In this document: positions 34,905 through 43,556 of the stretch, in pieces
Numbering within the stretch: position 1 is the stretch's first letter
How the letters are laid out: every line of letters starts with the position of its first letter
Source of the DNA: Eubacteriales bacterium
GTDB taxonomy: Bacteria > Bacillota > Clostridia > Oscillospirales > CAG-272
Assembly: GCA_045533505.1 (NCBI GenBank)
Contig: JAZSHY010000025.1
Span: 20,274-84,273, forward strand
DNA: 64,000 nucleotides
Direction: 5' to 3'
Notes under the pieces: model-generated
Databases searched by the model: none
Told to the model about the DNA's origin: nothing
The model's input: the letters and a program-made list of their open reading frames with translations, nothing else
Translations under genes and position numbers: made by a program

Positions 34905-35097
34905 GGTTTACAAAGCTTTTGCTGCCGCGAAAGCGAAGCCGTTCGCGACAGCTTGCAGTAAAGTTAAGATTACATGTATCTTCTGCCGTAACAGTTGGCC
35001 TCAACGCCTCGGCGAAGCTTCACTCACAAAAGAAGCTTCTCTTGTCCGTGAAAGAGGTGCGGCACGAAAAACGTGCCGCACCTCTTTCTTTTTGCCA

Positions 35098-36906
35098 TCA
35101 CGTGAACTGAGAGTGATATAGGGAGTGATAAAAGCCCTTCTTTCTTAGGAGCTCCTCGTGATTCCCCTGCTCAATTATGCTTCCGTCCTTGACGACAAGA
35201 ATCGTATCCGCGTTCTGAATCGTGGACAGGCGGTGCGCGATGACGAAGCAGGTTCTGTTTTTCATCAGCTCGTTCATCGCGGCTTGTATCTGCATCTCGG
35301 TGCGCGAGTCAACGTTTGAGGTTGCCTCGTCAAGAATCAGGATAGGCGCACGGGAGAGAAAGGCGCGCGCTATGGTTATCTGCTGCTTCTGCCCCTTCGA
35401 AATATTCACACCGTCATCCGAGAGCACTGTGTCGTATCCGTCGGGGAGCCCCTCGATATACGAGGCTATCCTTGCCGAGCGCGCCGCCGCGTACACCTCC
35501 TCGCGGGTGGCGTCCTCTCTGCCGTATACGATATTGTCGTATATCGTTCCGCAGAAAAGCCACGTGTCCTGAAGCACCATGGTGAAGGCGAGGCGGAGGT
35601 CCTTGCGCTTGATTTTCACCGAGGGTATCCCGTCCACCGTGATTTCTCCGCTCTCTGCGTCATAAAACCGCATGAGCAGATTGATGATGGTCGTCTTCCC
35701 CGCGCCCGTAGGCCCGACGATGGCCACCGTCCTGCCTCTCGTTGCGCTGACCGATACGTTTTTGAGCACCGTTTTATCCTCGGTGTACCCGAAGGTTACG
35801 TCACGGAGGCAAACGTCTCCCCTCACGTCGGTGAGGGCGCGGACGTCGGGCTCGTCCTCCCTCTCGGGCTCCTCGTCAAGAATGGCAAACACGCGCTCAG
35901 CCGCCGAAAAGGCCGACTGAAATTCGTGAAGGATATTGGAGAACTCATTGATGGGGCCCGCGAACTTCCTCGAATATTGCACGAACTGTGCCACACCGCC
36001 AAGCGTGATATAGAAGGCGGAGGCCGCAAGGAAGGTGCCGTTCTCGGAATACATATAGAGAATGCCTCCGATAACCGCCACAAGCGTGAGCGAGAGATTG
36101 TTGATGAGGTTTATGGTGGGGAAAAGCAGGGCGCCGCCGTATTCCGCCCGATGGAAGGCAGACATGGCCTCGTCGTTTATTTTGTTGAAGCGCGCCGACA
36201 TCTCCTCCTGCCGCCCGTAGGCCGCTATCGTGCGCGAGCCCGTGAGCATTTCCTCGGCAAAGCCGTTAAGCTCCCCGTATTTTTTTGCCCTTTGCCTGAA
36301 AAGCGGGCGCACCCTTCGGGAGCGATAGCGGGTAAAGAGGATAGAAACGGGAACGGTTACGGCAAAAATAAGCAGCATGGGCCTCGATATCTGCCACATA
36401 AAAAGGAGCGAGCCGACAACCGTATACACGCTTGTCATCACCTGGACAAGGTCATGAGAGAGGGTGCTGTTGATGGTGTCAATATCGTACGAGAGGTGGC
36501 TTATGATATCGCCCGTCGCATGGGTGTCGAAATAATGCACGGGGAGCGCGGTCAGCTTTTCGAACACCTGGCGGCGCATTCTGTATATGATGCGCTGACT
36601 GAGATGTATCATCACCACCGAGAGAATATAGGAAAGCACCGCCGAGACGGCGTAGCAGCCTATCATATACATGACGTTTTCAAAAACGGCAGAGAAATCG
36701 ACGCCGCCCGAGGCCTCTATGGCGTCAATGGCCGCGCCCGAATATTTCGGGCCGAGCAGAGAGAGCTGGTTGGCACCGAGTGTCAGAAGGACGGCGAGGG
36801 TAAACAGCGGCCACTGCCGAAGCACGTATTTGCCAAGGCGCAGAAAAACCCCTTTTTTGGAGCGCACTCCCTCTTTTTGGTTCCTTTTGTCAGTCAAGGA
36901 AGGCAC
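35098..36906 (-). CDS. ABC transporter ATP-binding protein/permease (type I exporter half-transporter)
   Basis: Six-TM domain followed by an NBD (GPTGAGKTTIINLL, ISKGQKQQITIARAF, ILILDEATSNVD). The start is uncertain: GTG at 36906 or TTG at 36897. It overlaps the upstream gene's 3' end. Confidence 0.85.
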   Translation of the reverse strand: MPSLTDKRNQKEGVRSKKGVFLRLGKYVLRQWPLFTLAVLLTLGANQLSLLGPKYSGAAIDAIEASGGVDFSAVFENVMYMIGCYAVSAVLSYILSVVMIHLSQRIIYRMRRQVFEKLTALPVHYFDTHATGDIISHLSYDIDTINSTLSHDLVQVMTSVYTVVGSLLFMWQISRPMLLIFAVTVPVSILFTRYRSRRVRPLFRQRAKKYGELNGFAEEMLTGSRTIAAYGRQEEMSARFNKINDEAMSAFHRAEYGGALLFPTINLINNLSLTLVAVIGGILYMYSENGTFLAASAFYITLGGVAQFVQYSRKFAGPINEFSNILHEFQSAFSAAERVFAILDEEPEREDEPDVRALTDVRGDVCLRDVTFGYTEDKTVLKNVSVSATRGRTVAIVGPTGAGKTTIINLLMRFYDAESGEITVDGIPSVKIKRKDLRLAFTMVLQDTWLFCGTIYDNIVYGREDATREEVYAAARSARIASYIEGLPDGYDTVLSDDGVNISKGQKQQITIARAFLSRAPILILDEATSNVDSRTEMQIQAAMNELMKNRTCFVIAHRLSTIQNADTILVVKDGSIIEQGNHEELLRKKGFYHSLYHSQFT

Positions 36907-38608
36907 CCCCCATCTGCGAGTCGCTTATTTCTTTGTATTCGGGGCAGCTCTCCATAAGCGCATCATGCCGCCCGCAGCCGATGATTTCCCCGTTTTCAAT
37001 GACGAGAATGAGGTCGCAGCCCTTAACCGAGCTCACCCTCTGCGCCACCGTTATCACGGTGGAGTCGGGGAGCGCCTCCCCGAGTGCCGCGCGAAGGGCG
37101 GCGTCGGTCCTGTAATCGAGTGCGGAGGAGGCGTCGTCAAGAATAAGAATCTCGGGCTTTGCCGCTATCGCACGGGCAATCAGCACGCGCTGCCTCTGCC
37201 CGCCCGAAAGATTGGTGCCTCCCGTGGAGACGGGGTGAGCAAAGCCGTCGGGGAAAGCGGTGATGAACTCATAGGCCTGCGCGACCTTAGCGGCCTCCGC
37301 GATGTCCTCATCCGTGATATCCCGCCCGAAGCGAATGTTTTCCTCTATGGAGGCGGCGTAGATGAAATCGTTCTGGAAGACGGCTCCGAACATCGCGGAA
37401 AGCTCCTCGGGCGCATAGGAGCGCACGTCCCGCCCGTGAATCCGCACGGTGCCCGAGGAGGCGTCGTAGAACCGCATAAGCAGGCGGATTACCGTCGATT
37501 TGCCGCTGCCCGTTGCCCCGATGATGCCGAGCCTTTCTCCCTTTTTCAGCGAGAAGGAGACGTTCGCAAGGTCAGGCCTTTTCCCGAGGTAGGAAAAGCT
37601 TACGTTCTCAAAGGAAATGTGAAGCGAGGTGTCACCCCTGCCGTCGTCCTCCTGCAAAAAAAGCTCGCTTTCGGTCTCCATCACGGCGGCAATACGCCCC
37701 GCGGAGGCGGCACATTTCGTATACATGACGAACATGCGGGAGAGCGACATCATCGCCATGGAAATCAGCGTAAAATACTGCATGAAGGCAATGACCGTGG
37801 TGACCGACGACGTGCCCTCGGCCACAAAGACGGCACTCACCGCGATAACGGCAACAATGCCCATGTTCATAAGCAGCGTCATAACGGGGTTTACGACACC
37901 CATGATAATGCCCGCGCGTCCCTCGTCACGCCTGAGCGAAAGATTGGCCCTGTCATAGCGCGCGTTTTCATACTCCACCTTGGACAGCGCCTTGATGACG
38001 CGAATGCCCTGCGCGTCCTCACGGACGACACGCACCATGCCGTCCACCGATTGCTGCACCCTCGCATAGAGAGAAACGCCCCGCCGCGAAATTCCATATA
38101 CCACAAAAAAGATGAGCGGAAGCGTGGCTATCATCACGAGCGCGAGCTTTCTGTCCATGAGCATCGTGATACCCGTGCCGCCGATGAGGAGGATGGGCGC
38201 GCGTATTCCCATTCTTTGCATCATTCCTATAAAGTTCTGAACGTTATAGGTATCCGAGGTTATCCTCGCTTCAAGCGAGGGAACCGTAAAGCTATCGGTG
38301 CTTCTTGCAGAGAGGTGCAGCGTCCTCGAAAAAAGCTCACGCCTCATTCGGGAGGAAAACAGCATGGTCGTCCTCGCGGCCATTCGGTTTGCCACGATGT
38401 TCCCAAGGCAGGCAATCGCGGCACAGACGGCCATAAGAACACCGAAAAGGAGGATATCCCCCGCCCGGTTTTCGACGATTACGTTTTCCAGTATATACGA
38501 CAGCAAAAAGGGAATCATCAGCTCGGAAACGGTGCCGATGATTTTGATAAAAATCCCGAGCGATATTCTCGCGCGGAGCGGCTTTAAGTATGTAAGGGCC
38601 CACTTCAT
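36890..38608 (-). CDS. ABC transporter ATP-binding protein/permease (partner half-transporter)
   Basis: TMD followed by an NBD (GATGSGKSTVIRLL, LSGGQRQRVLIARAI, ILILDDASSALD). The ATG overlaps the marR stop (ATGA). Confidence 0.85.
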   Translation of the reverse strand: MKWALTYLKPLRARISLGIFIKIIGTVSELMIPFLLSYILENVIVENRAGDILLFGVLMAVCAAIACLGNIVANRMAARTTMLFSSRMRRELFSRTLHLSARSTDSFTVPSLEARITSDTYNVQNFIGMMQRMGIRAPILLIGGTGITMLMDRKLALVMIATLPLIFFVVYGISRRGVSLYARVQQSVDGMVRVVREDAQGIRVIKALSKVEYENARYDRANLSLRRDEGRAGIIMGVVNPVMTLLMNMGIVAVIAVSAVFVAEGTSSVTTVIAFMQYFTLISMAMMSLSRMFVMYTKCAASAGRIAAVMETESELFLQEDDGRGDTSLHISFENVSFSYLGKRPDLANVSFSLKKGERLGIIGATGSGKSTVIRLLMRFYDASSGTVRIHGRDVRSYAPEELSAMFGAVFQNDFIYAASIEENIRFGRDITDEDIAEAAKVAQAYEFITAFPDGFAHPVSTGGTNLSGGQRQRVLIARAIAAKPEILILDDASSALDYRTDAALRAALGEALPDSTVITVAQRVSSVKGCDLILVIENGEIIGCGRHDALMESCPEYKEISDSQMGGAFLD

Positions 38609-39045
38609 TGGCTTTCCTCTTGTCCTTCTATGATTTCACGGGCGCGCCTCTGCATACGCGCGAGCACCGCGTCGAACACGGCAAGCTCCTCCTCGGGTAT
38701 CCCCTCGGAGAGAAGCGCCATCCATTCCTCCGACGCCTTTTGCACCTCGGGAAGCAGCTGTCGCATCTTCTCTGTCGGATAGACCGAAACCTGCCGCCTG
38801 TCATTGGGCTGCGTGCTCCTCTCTATATAGCCCCTCTCCTCAAGATACCCGAGATTTCTTGTCACCGTGCTTTTGTTGATACAAAGCTCGCGCGCAAGCT
38901 CCTCCTGCGAGCGCCCGGGAGAATGGCATATCGCCAGCACAAAGGAATAATGCCCCGACAAAAGGTCATCCGCCGAAATTCTCCCGTGTCGGTATATTGC
39001 CTGCGAGCGACTGATATTGTTCAGCAGCTTCATGAACCTTGACAC
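38605..39045 (-). CDS. MarR-family transcriptional regulator
   Basis: Winged-helix region SQEELARELCINKSTVTRNLGYLEERGYIER...DRRQV. GTG at 39045 has GGAGG 7 nt upstream. ATG at 39060 and ATG at 39033 are alternatives. Confidence 0.8.
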   Translation of the reverse strand: MSRFMKLLNNISRSQAIYRHGRISADDLLSGHYSFVLAICHSPGRSQEELARELCINKSTVTRNLGYLEERGYIERSTQPNDRRQVSVYPTEKMRQLLPEVQKASEEWMALLSEGIPEEELAVFDAVLARMQRRAREIIEGQEESQ

Positions 39046-39063
39046 AGTCTTACCTCCCATAAA

Positions 39064-39083
39064 ATAGTTGCGCACGCAACTAT
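39064..39083. promoter_or_regulatory. palindromic candidate MarR operator
   Basis: atagttgcg-ca-cgcaactat, a 9-2-9 inverted repeat immediately upstream of marR. Confidence 0.45.
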
Positions 39084-39384
39084 CGTAGCAGAAAACGGGA
39101 CGGAAGTCAAGAGGCGGCGAGGTATTCCGCAAAAAAAGGGACGAGCGACGCTCGTCCCTTTTCCGTTATTTCTTTTTTCTCGGCTTCCTTATGCGAGAGA
39201 GCTGCCTGTTCCTTTTGAGAAGCTCCTCCTTGGTGAAGGAAATGTTCATCATTCCCCATCATGGAGGAGAGGCGGAGGATGCTGAAGCCGCCGAGCATTT
39301 GCACAATACCGCCCGTGCCCGCGCCCTTGAGGTCAACGTCAAAGCCGCCCGCCTTCGCCACAATCACACTCTCGCCCTCGGCCT

Positions 39385-39843
39385 TTAATGATGTAGCATC
39401 CTTTTCTTTCGCCATGCGGTGACAAGAATCGAGACGGCGACGATGCCGCCCGCAATGCCGATGCCGACGAGGAGTGCGTTTCGCAGATGGAGGAAGGAAC
39501 GCGGATAGTCCCCCTCCAGCAGGTAGCGCATGGTATAGTAAAGGTCGCTGCCCGGAACAATCGGAATGGTGCCCGGCAGCAAAAAGATGAGGGCGGGGGC
39601 GCAGCGCAGGCGGGCACAGACCTCGGCAAACACCGTTGTGAAGGCGGTGCAGAGAAAGGCGGCAAAAAAGAGGCTGCCGCCGAGGAAGGCAACCGTATAA
39701 TAGATGGCGTAGGTGAAAAGACCGCACGCCGATGCATACGGCAGGTGACGCACACGACAGCGAAAAAGAATGGCAAAGGCAAGCGTGCCAAGCAGGGCTG
39801 TCACAAGCTGCGTGGAAAATTCGGGGGTAAAGAACTCGTTCAT
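39385..39843 (-). CDS. threonine/serine exporter family protein (ThrE_2 / DUF3815-like small subunit)
   Basis: 152 aa with 4-5 TM helices. It is paired with the ThrE-like gene upstream. Confidence 0.65.
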   Translation of the reverse strand: MNEFFTPEFSTQLVTALLGTLAFAILFRCRVRHLPYASACGLFTYAIYYTVAFLGGSLFFAAFLCTAFTTVFAEVCARLRCAPALIFLLPGTIPIVPGSDLYYTMRYLLEGDYPRSFLHLRNALLVGIGIAGGIVAVSILVTAWRKKRMLHH

Positions 39844-39872
39844 GCTTTTCTCCTATCGTGATACGTGCTCTT

Positions 39873-40649
39873 TCAGGCAACGGTGAGCATGGAAAGCAAA
39901 TAGCCGAAGGCAATCATCAGGGCGGTCAATATGGCTTGGACGGTTTTCAGCCCCCCCGCTATCAAATCGCCGCAAAGCAGGTCGCGAAGCGCCGTTCCAA
40001 ACGCCACGCCGGGCACCAGCAGCATGATGGTGCCCACCATGATTTCACCGCTGTTGACAGAGGAGAAGACGAGCGCGGCAACCGAAGAAAGAAGCCCCGC
40101 AAAAAAGGCGGATATGACAATTTTGGCAAGGTCGTTCAGGCGGTTTGCCGCAAACCAATCAAGGAATCCGACGACGGCTCCCACCAGCACGGCAAAAAGA
40201 CATTCCGGCAGGCCGCCGCCAAAAAAGACAGCGAAGGAGGCCGCCGCCAGGGCCGAGGCGGGCACCGTCACCCAGTCGGGATACGCCCGCTTTCCTTTGA
40301 CCTCGTGCAGTCGCGCGTCAAGCTCGGCAAGCGGCGGCAGCTCGCGGCAGATGGTGCGTGAGATTTCGTTATAAATCTCCAATTTATAAAGGTCGGTTGA
40401 GGTGGACTTCACGCGCCGCATCTGGGAGGAATAGGAGCCGTCTGGCATACGGATGGCGGCATGGATGACCGAGATGATGCTGAACACCTCCACATGCGCA
40501 GCCCCGTAAGCGCGGCAGATACGCTCGATGGTCTGCTCCACGCGCGCGACCTCGCCGCCGCATTTGAGCATTCCCTCTCCCATATCAAGCGCGAGGCACA
40601 GAAGATATTCTGTAAAGTTATCTTTATAAAGCTCTTTGAGTTGTTCCAT
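39873..40649 (-). CDS. threonine/serine exporter family protein (ThrE / DUF1212-like)
   Basis: LALDMGEGMLKCGGEVARVEQTIERICRAYG is typical of the family. The C-terminal half is hydrophobic. ATG at 40649 has GGAG 6 nt upstream. Confidence 0.65.
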   Translation of the reverse strand: MEQLKELYKDNFTEYLLCLALDMGEGMLKCGGEVARVEQTIERICRAYGAAHVEVFSIISVIHAAIRMPDGSYSSQMRRVKSTSTDLYKLEIYNEISRTICRELPPLAELDARLHEVKGKRAYPDWVTVPASALAAASFAVFFGGGLPECLFAVLVGAVVGFLDWFAANRLNDLAKIVISAFFAGLLSSVAALVFSSVNSGEIMVGTIMLLVPGVAFGTALRDLLCGDLIAGGLKTVQAILTALMIAFGYLLSMLTVA

Positions 40650-40980
40650 TTTAGACTCCAAACGCAGACCGCGCCGCAAAAGACCGCCAAAAACGGCACA
40701 GTTTTATCATTATTTACTATTCTATCACGTTTTTTCAAAATAGTCAATCGGCAATTGCCCTCGGCATAAAAAAGCCGATGCTTCGCACCGTTGCGATTGC
40801 TTCCATTAAGGTCAGGCGGGCACTCCTTATGAATTTGATAAAAATGCAGATTCCTTTATGTAGATGTGTGTATTCCGTTTTGCATAAATTTGTGTAGCAA
40901 CAAATGGGGGTTTGCGTTTTTTGTGCGCTGACTCCGGTTGGCGCACTTTTTGATTTGTTGCAACAAAGGAGTCCTGTATT

Positions 40981-41130
40981 ATGAAAAGAATTTTTGTTTT
41001 CGTGTTTGCAATTTTGATTGCTGTTTTAAGTGTTATATCTTTGTCGGCTTGCAATGAAATTGACTGCTTGAAATCAAATCATTCTTTCTCCGCCGGAAAA
41101 TGCTCGTATCGTTTGCTCTTCAACAGTTAA
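40981..41130 (+). CDS. hypothetical 49-aa lipoprotein in a low-GC patch (weak call)
   Basis: MKRIFVFVFAILIAVLSVISLSAC|NE has a lipobox. AAAGGAG lies 9 nt upstream. Below the ORF-track cutoff. Confidence 0.3.
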   Translation: MKRIFVFVFAILIAVLSVISLSACNEIDCLKSNHSFSAGKCSYRLLFNS

Positions 41131-41361
41131 TCTCTTTCCAAGATTATAAAACGCTATGTCAATTAGTGTTTAAGATAGATTCTCTTTTGGAAAAAATTGA
41201 TTCGCTTACGTGGCACGAAAAGTTAATAAAAAACTAAAAATTGCATAGTAAAAGCCGAGAGGATTTCGCCTTTTCTCCGCGGCTCGGTCAGTCGCGGCTC
41301 TGACAGTCCACAGGACTGTCATTCACTCCCGCTCCCCTTCAAGCCCTTTCCCCCCTCACGT

Positions 41362-41401
41362 AAAATAAAAAGCAAGAAAATCTGTTTGGGATTTTCTTGC
41401 T
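41362..41401 (-). terminator. terminator downstream of tRNA-Leu
   Basis: A 12-bp stem agcaagaaaatc / gattttcttgct with a 7-nt loop. On the minus strand it is followed by tttttatttt. Confidence 0.65.
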
Positions 41402-41404
41402 TTT

Positions 41405-41491
41405 TGGTGCGGGTAAAAGGACTTGAACCTTCACGAAGTTGCCCCCACTAGAACCTGAATCTAGCGCGTCTGCCAATTCCGCCATACCCGC
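41405..41491 (-). tRNA. tRNA-Leu (anticodon CAG), CCA encoded
   Basis: The reverse complement is gcgggtatggcggaattggcagacgcgctagattcaggttctagtgggggcaacttcgtgaaggttcaagtccttttacccgcacca. It has a 7-bp acceptor stem, anticodon stem ctaga/tctag with loop ttCAGgt, a long variable arm and a ggttcaagtcc T-arm. Length is 87 nt. Confidence 0.9.
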
Positions 41492-41721
41492 ATTTTTTAC
41501 TGCCCTGTTAAGGCATAGATGATTATAGCACACTTTTCCCGGTTTGTCAAATGCTTTTTTTAAAAAGATTTGAATTTTTAAAAGATACCGTGCCGGCGGC
41601 GCGGGCAGCAATCCTGCGGTGAAAGCACGGCGAGAGGCTGACGGTGCGGCGGGGGTGCAAAAAAGCCTCGCTTCGTGGGAGCCTCAAACGGTGCAGGCGC
41701 AGTGAGCACCGAGGGTGGGGC

Positions 41722-43155
41722 TTATGCGTCGCGGCGCTCGGAGTGCTCCTCTGCCGTTTTGGCAGAGGGCTTCCTGCTCCTCCCCTCCTTGACGGAGAGG
41801 GGGTGTGTAGCATAGTAGAGTGTAATCACGGCAACGCAGGCCAGCCAGCCTGCGGGATACCCGAAGGCCACCGCCATAAGCGTATTGGATACGAAATGGG
41901 AAACCAGAAAGAGATAAATCTGGCGGAAGCCGACAAAGGTCGAGAGCATAATCACCATGGGGGCGGTGCTGTTGCCTGCCCCGCGAAGTGCCGATGCTAT
42001 GTTCTGATTCACGCAGGTGCAAAGGTAAAAGGGCGTGAAGGTGGAGAGCAAGAGGGCGGCGGCTTCCACAACGCTCGGGTCGGGGTTAAAGACCGCGGCA
42101 AGCTGATGGGCAAAGAGCATGACGAGAAGCACCAGCGGCAGGGTAATGAGAAGCGAGAAGGCGATGGCTGCGCGGAGACCTCGCCGCGCCCGCGCCACCT
42201 GCCCCGCACCGAGATTCTGACTGACAAAGGTGGTGACCGCAAGGCAGAGTGCCTGTGACGGAAGAAAGAGAAGCTGGTCAACCTTTGAGAAGGTGGTCCA
42301 GCCGCCGAGCGCGACGTCGGCATTGCCCTCCACCCCCGCGATATAGGATTGCACAAAGACGTTTGAAAGGGCCGTGATAGAAAGCTGGAAGGCGGCAGGA
42401 ATACCGATAATCACAATTCTTTTGAGAATGGACCTGTCTATTTTCATGCTTTGTAAAGACAACCTTACACAAGACGAGGTGCGGAACAGCGTGACGGTGA
42501 CCAGCACCGCCGACACGAGCTGCGCTATGACCGTAGCATATGCCACGCCCGAAACGCCCATGTCAAAAATGAACACAAAAAGAAGGTCGAGGACGATGTT
42601 GGTGAGCGAGGCCGCAAGCAGGAAATAGAACGGGTGGCGAGAGTCGCCCACCGCGCGGAGAATGCCCGCCCCCATGTTGTAGAAAAGAATGCCCGACGCA
42701 CCCGCAAAATAAATGGTCAGGTATTCAACGGCGTGCCGATAGATTTCTCCCTCCTCGCCGCCCAGCATAAGCCGCACCGCCAGAGGAGAAAGCAGAACAC
42801 CGAGAAGCGTGAAAAGAAGAGAGAGGACGGCTGTCATCACCGCCGCAGTGTGCACCGAGCGCTTCACGCCATCATAGTCGCGCGCACCGAAATAGCGCGA
42901 AATCACAACCCCCGCACCTGCGGAAAGCCCCGTGAAAACGCCAATCATGATGTTGGTGATGGGCCCGACGCTTCCAACAGCGGCATAGGCTGCACTGTCG
43001 CCCGTCTGTCCGATAACCCAGGTGTCCACCATGTTGTACAGCTGCTGAAAAAGGTTGCCTGCCAGAAGAGGAAGGGCAAAAAGAAGGAGGTTGCGGGCAA
43101 TGCCGCCCTCTGTCATATCTCTGTCATGGCGGCTGCGCGGTATCGCTTGACTCAT
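41722..43155 (-). CDS. MATE-family efflux transporter
   Basis: 477 aa with 12 TM helices. The N-terminus GGIARNLLLFALPLLAGNLFQQLYNMVDTWVIG is the MATE signature region. Confidence 0.85.
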   Translation of the reverse strand: MSQAIPRSRHDRDMTEGGIARNLLLFALPLLAGNLFQQLYNMVDTWVIGQTGDSAAYAAVGSVGPITNIMIGVFTGLSAGAGVVISRYFGARDYDGVKRSVHTAAVMTAVLSLLFTLLGVLLSPLAVRLMLGGEEGEIYRHAVEYLTIYFAGASGILFYNMGAGILRAVGDSRHPFYFLLAASLTNIVLDLLFVFIFDMGVSGVAYATVIAQLVSAVLVTVTLFRTSSCVRLSLQSMKIDRSILKRIVIIGIPAAFQLSITALSNVFVQSYIAGVEGNADVALGGWTTFSKVDQLLFLPSQALCLAVTTFVSQNLGAGQVARARRGLRAAIAFSLLITLPLVLLVMLFAHQLAAVFNPDPSVVEAAALLLSTFTPFYLCTCVNQNIASALRGAGNSTAPMVIMLSTFVGFRQIYLFLVSHFVSNTLMAVAFGYPAGWLACVAVITLYYATHPLSVKEGRSRKPSAKTAEEHSERRDA

Positions 43156-43253
43156 ATTTCCTCTCCTTTCTCGCAGATGCTTTCATTATACACCCGCTCC
43201 CCCAAAAAAGCAAGTGAAATAGGGGCAAACGGCACAATTATTTTTCGCTCATT

Positions 43254-43421
43254 CCGCAACGGGCGCGGCAGAGGGGCGCCGCAGAGGGGCGCCGCAACGG
43301 GCGCGGCAGAGGGGCGCCGCAGAGGGAGGCGGCGGAGTGTATGCACGGGAGAGCCCCCGTGCCCGCAGAGGGGCGCGGCGGAGTGTATGCACGGGAGAGC
43401 CCCCGTGCGCGGCAGAGGGGC
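43254..43421. repeat. GC-rich tandem repeats (2 x 38 nt, then 2 x 46 nt) in a divergent promoter region
   Basis: ccgcaacgggcgcggcagaggggcgccgcagagg(g)g occurs twice (43254-43329). cggcggagtgtatgcacgggagagcccccgtgc.cg.cagaggggc occurs twice (43330-43421). The sub-motif gcagagggg recurs about 7 times. Confidence 0.75.
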
Positions 43422-43486
43422 ACCGCAGAGGGGGGCGGCGGCGAAACCGCGGGGTGTTCCTTTCGGGAAAAGTTCGCGCGCGCCCG

Positions 43487-43515
43487 TTGACAAGCGCGCG
43501 CCTTTATGTTATGCT
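43487..43515 (+). promoter_or_regulatory. sigma-A type promoter for the 43557 gene
   Basis: TTGACA (43487-43492), 17-nt spacer, TATGCT (43510-43515). Confidence 0.45.
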
Positions 43516-43556
43516 ACATATGATAAGATTTATTTTAAGAAAAGAGGGGGACACTT

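Noticed and set aside
34615-35004. 129-aa minus-strand ORF between the recombinase and the ABC operon
   Set aside because: It spans IR-R, the promoter and two terminator hairpins. It has no RBS and no recognisable features.
23693-35097. att-type direct repeats delimiting the fibre locus as a classical integrase island
   Set aside because: I found only 7-nt matches by eye, which is chance level. The recombinase is bracketed by inverted repeats, not direct repeats. A computational repeat search is needed before claiming island ends.
36671-38587. 638-aa plus-strand ORF (and 35926-36957)
   Set aside because: It is antisense to the ABC half-transporter genes.
39107-39913. 268-aa minus-strand ORF overlapping the ThrE_2 gene in another frame
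   Set aside because: Its product is Pro/Arg/Cys/His-rich. The 39385-39843 frame gives a coherent multi-TM protein with a start next to the upstream ThrE gene.
41339-41611. 90-aa ORF
   Set aside because: It is a read-through translation of the tRNA-Leu gene and its terminator.
43254-43421. Possible CRISPR array
   Set aside because: The repeats are directly tandem with no unique spacers. They come in two different unit lengths, and no cas genes are in the window.
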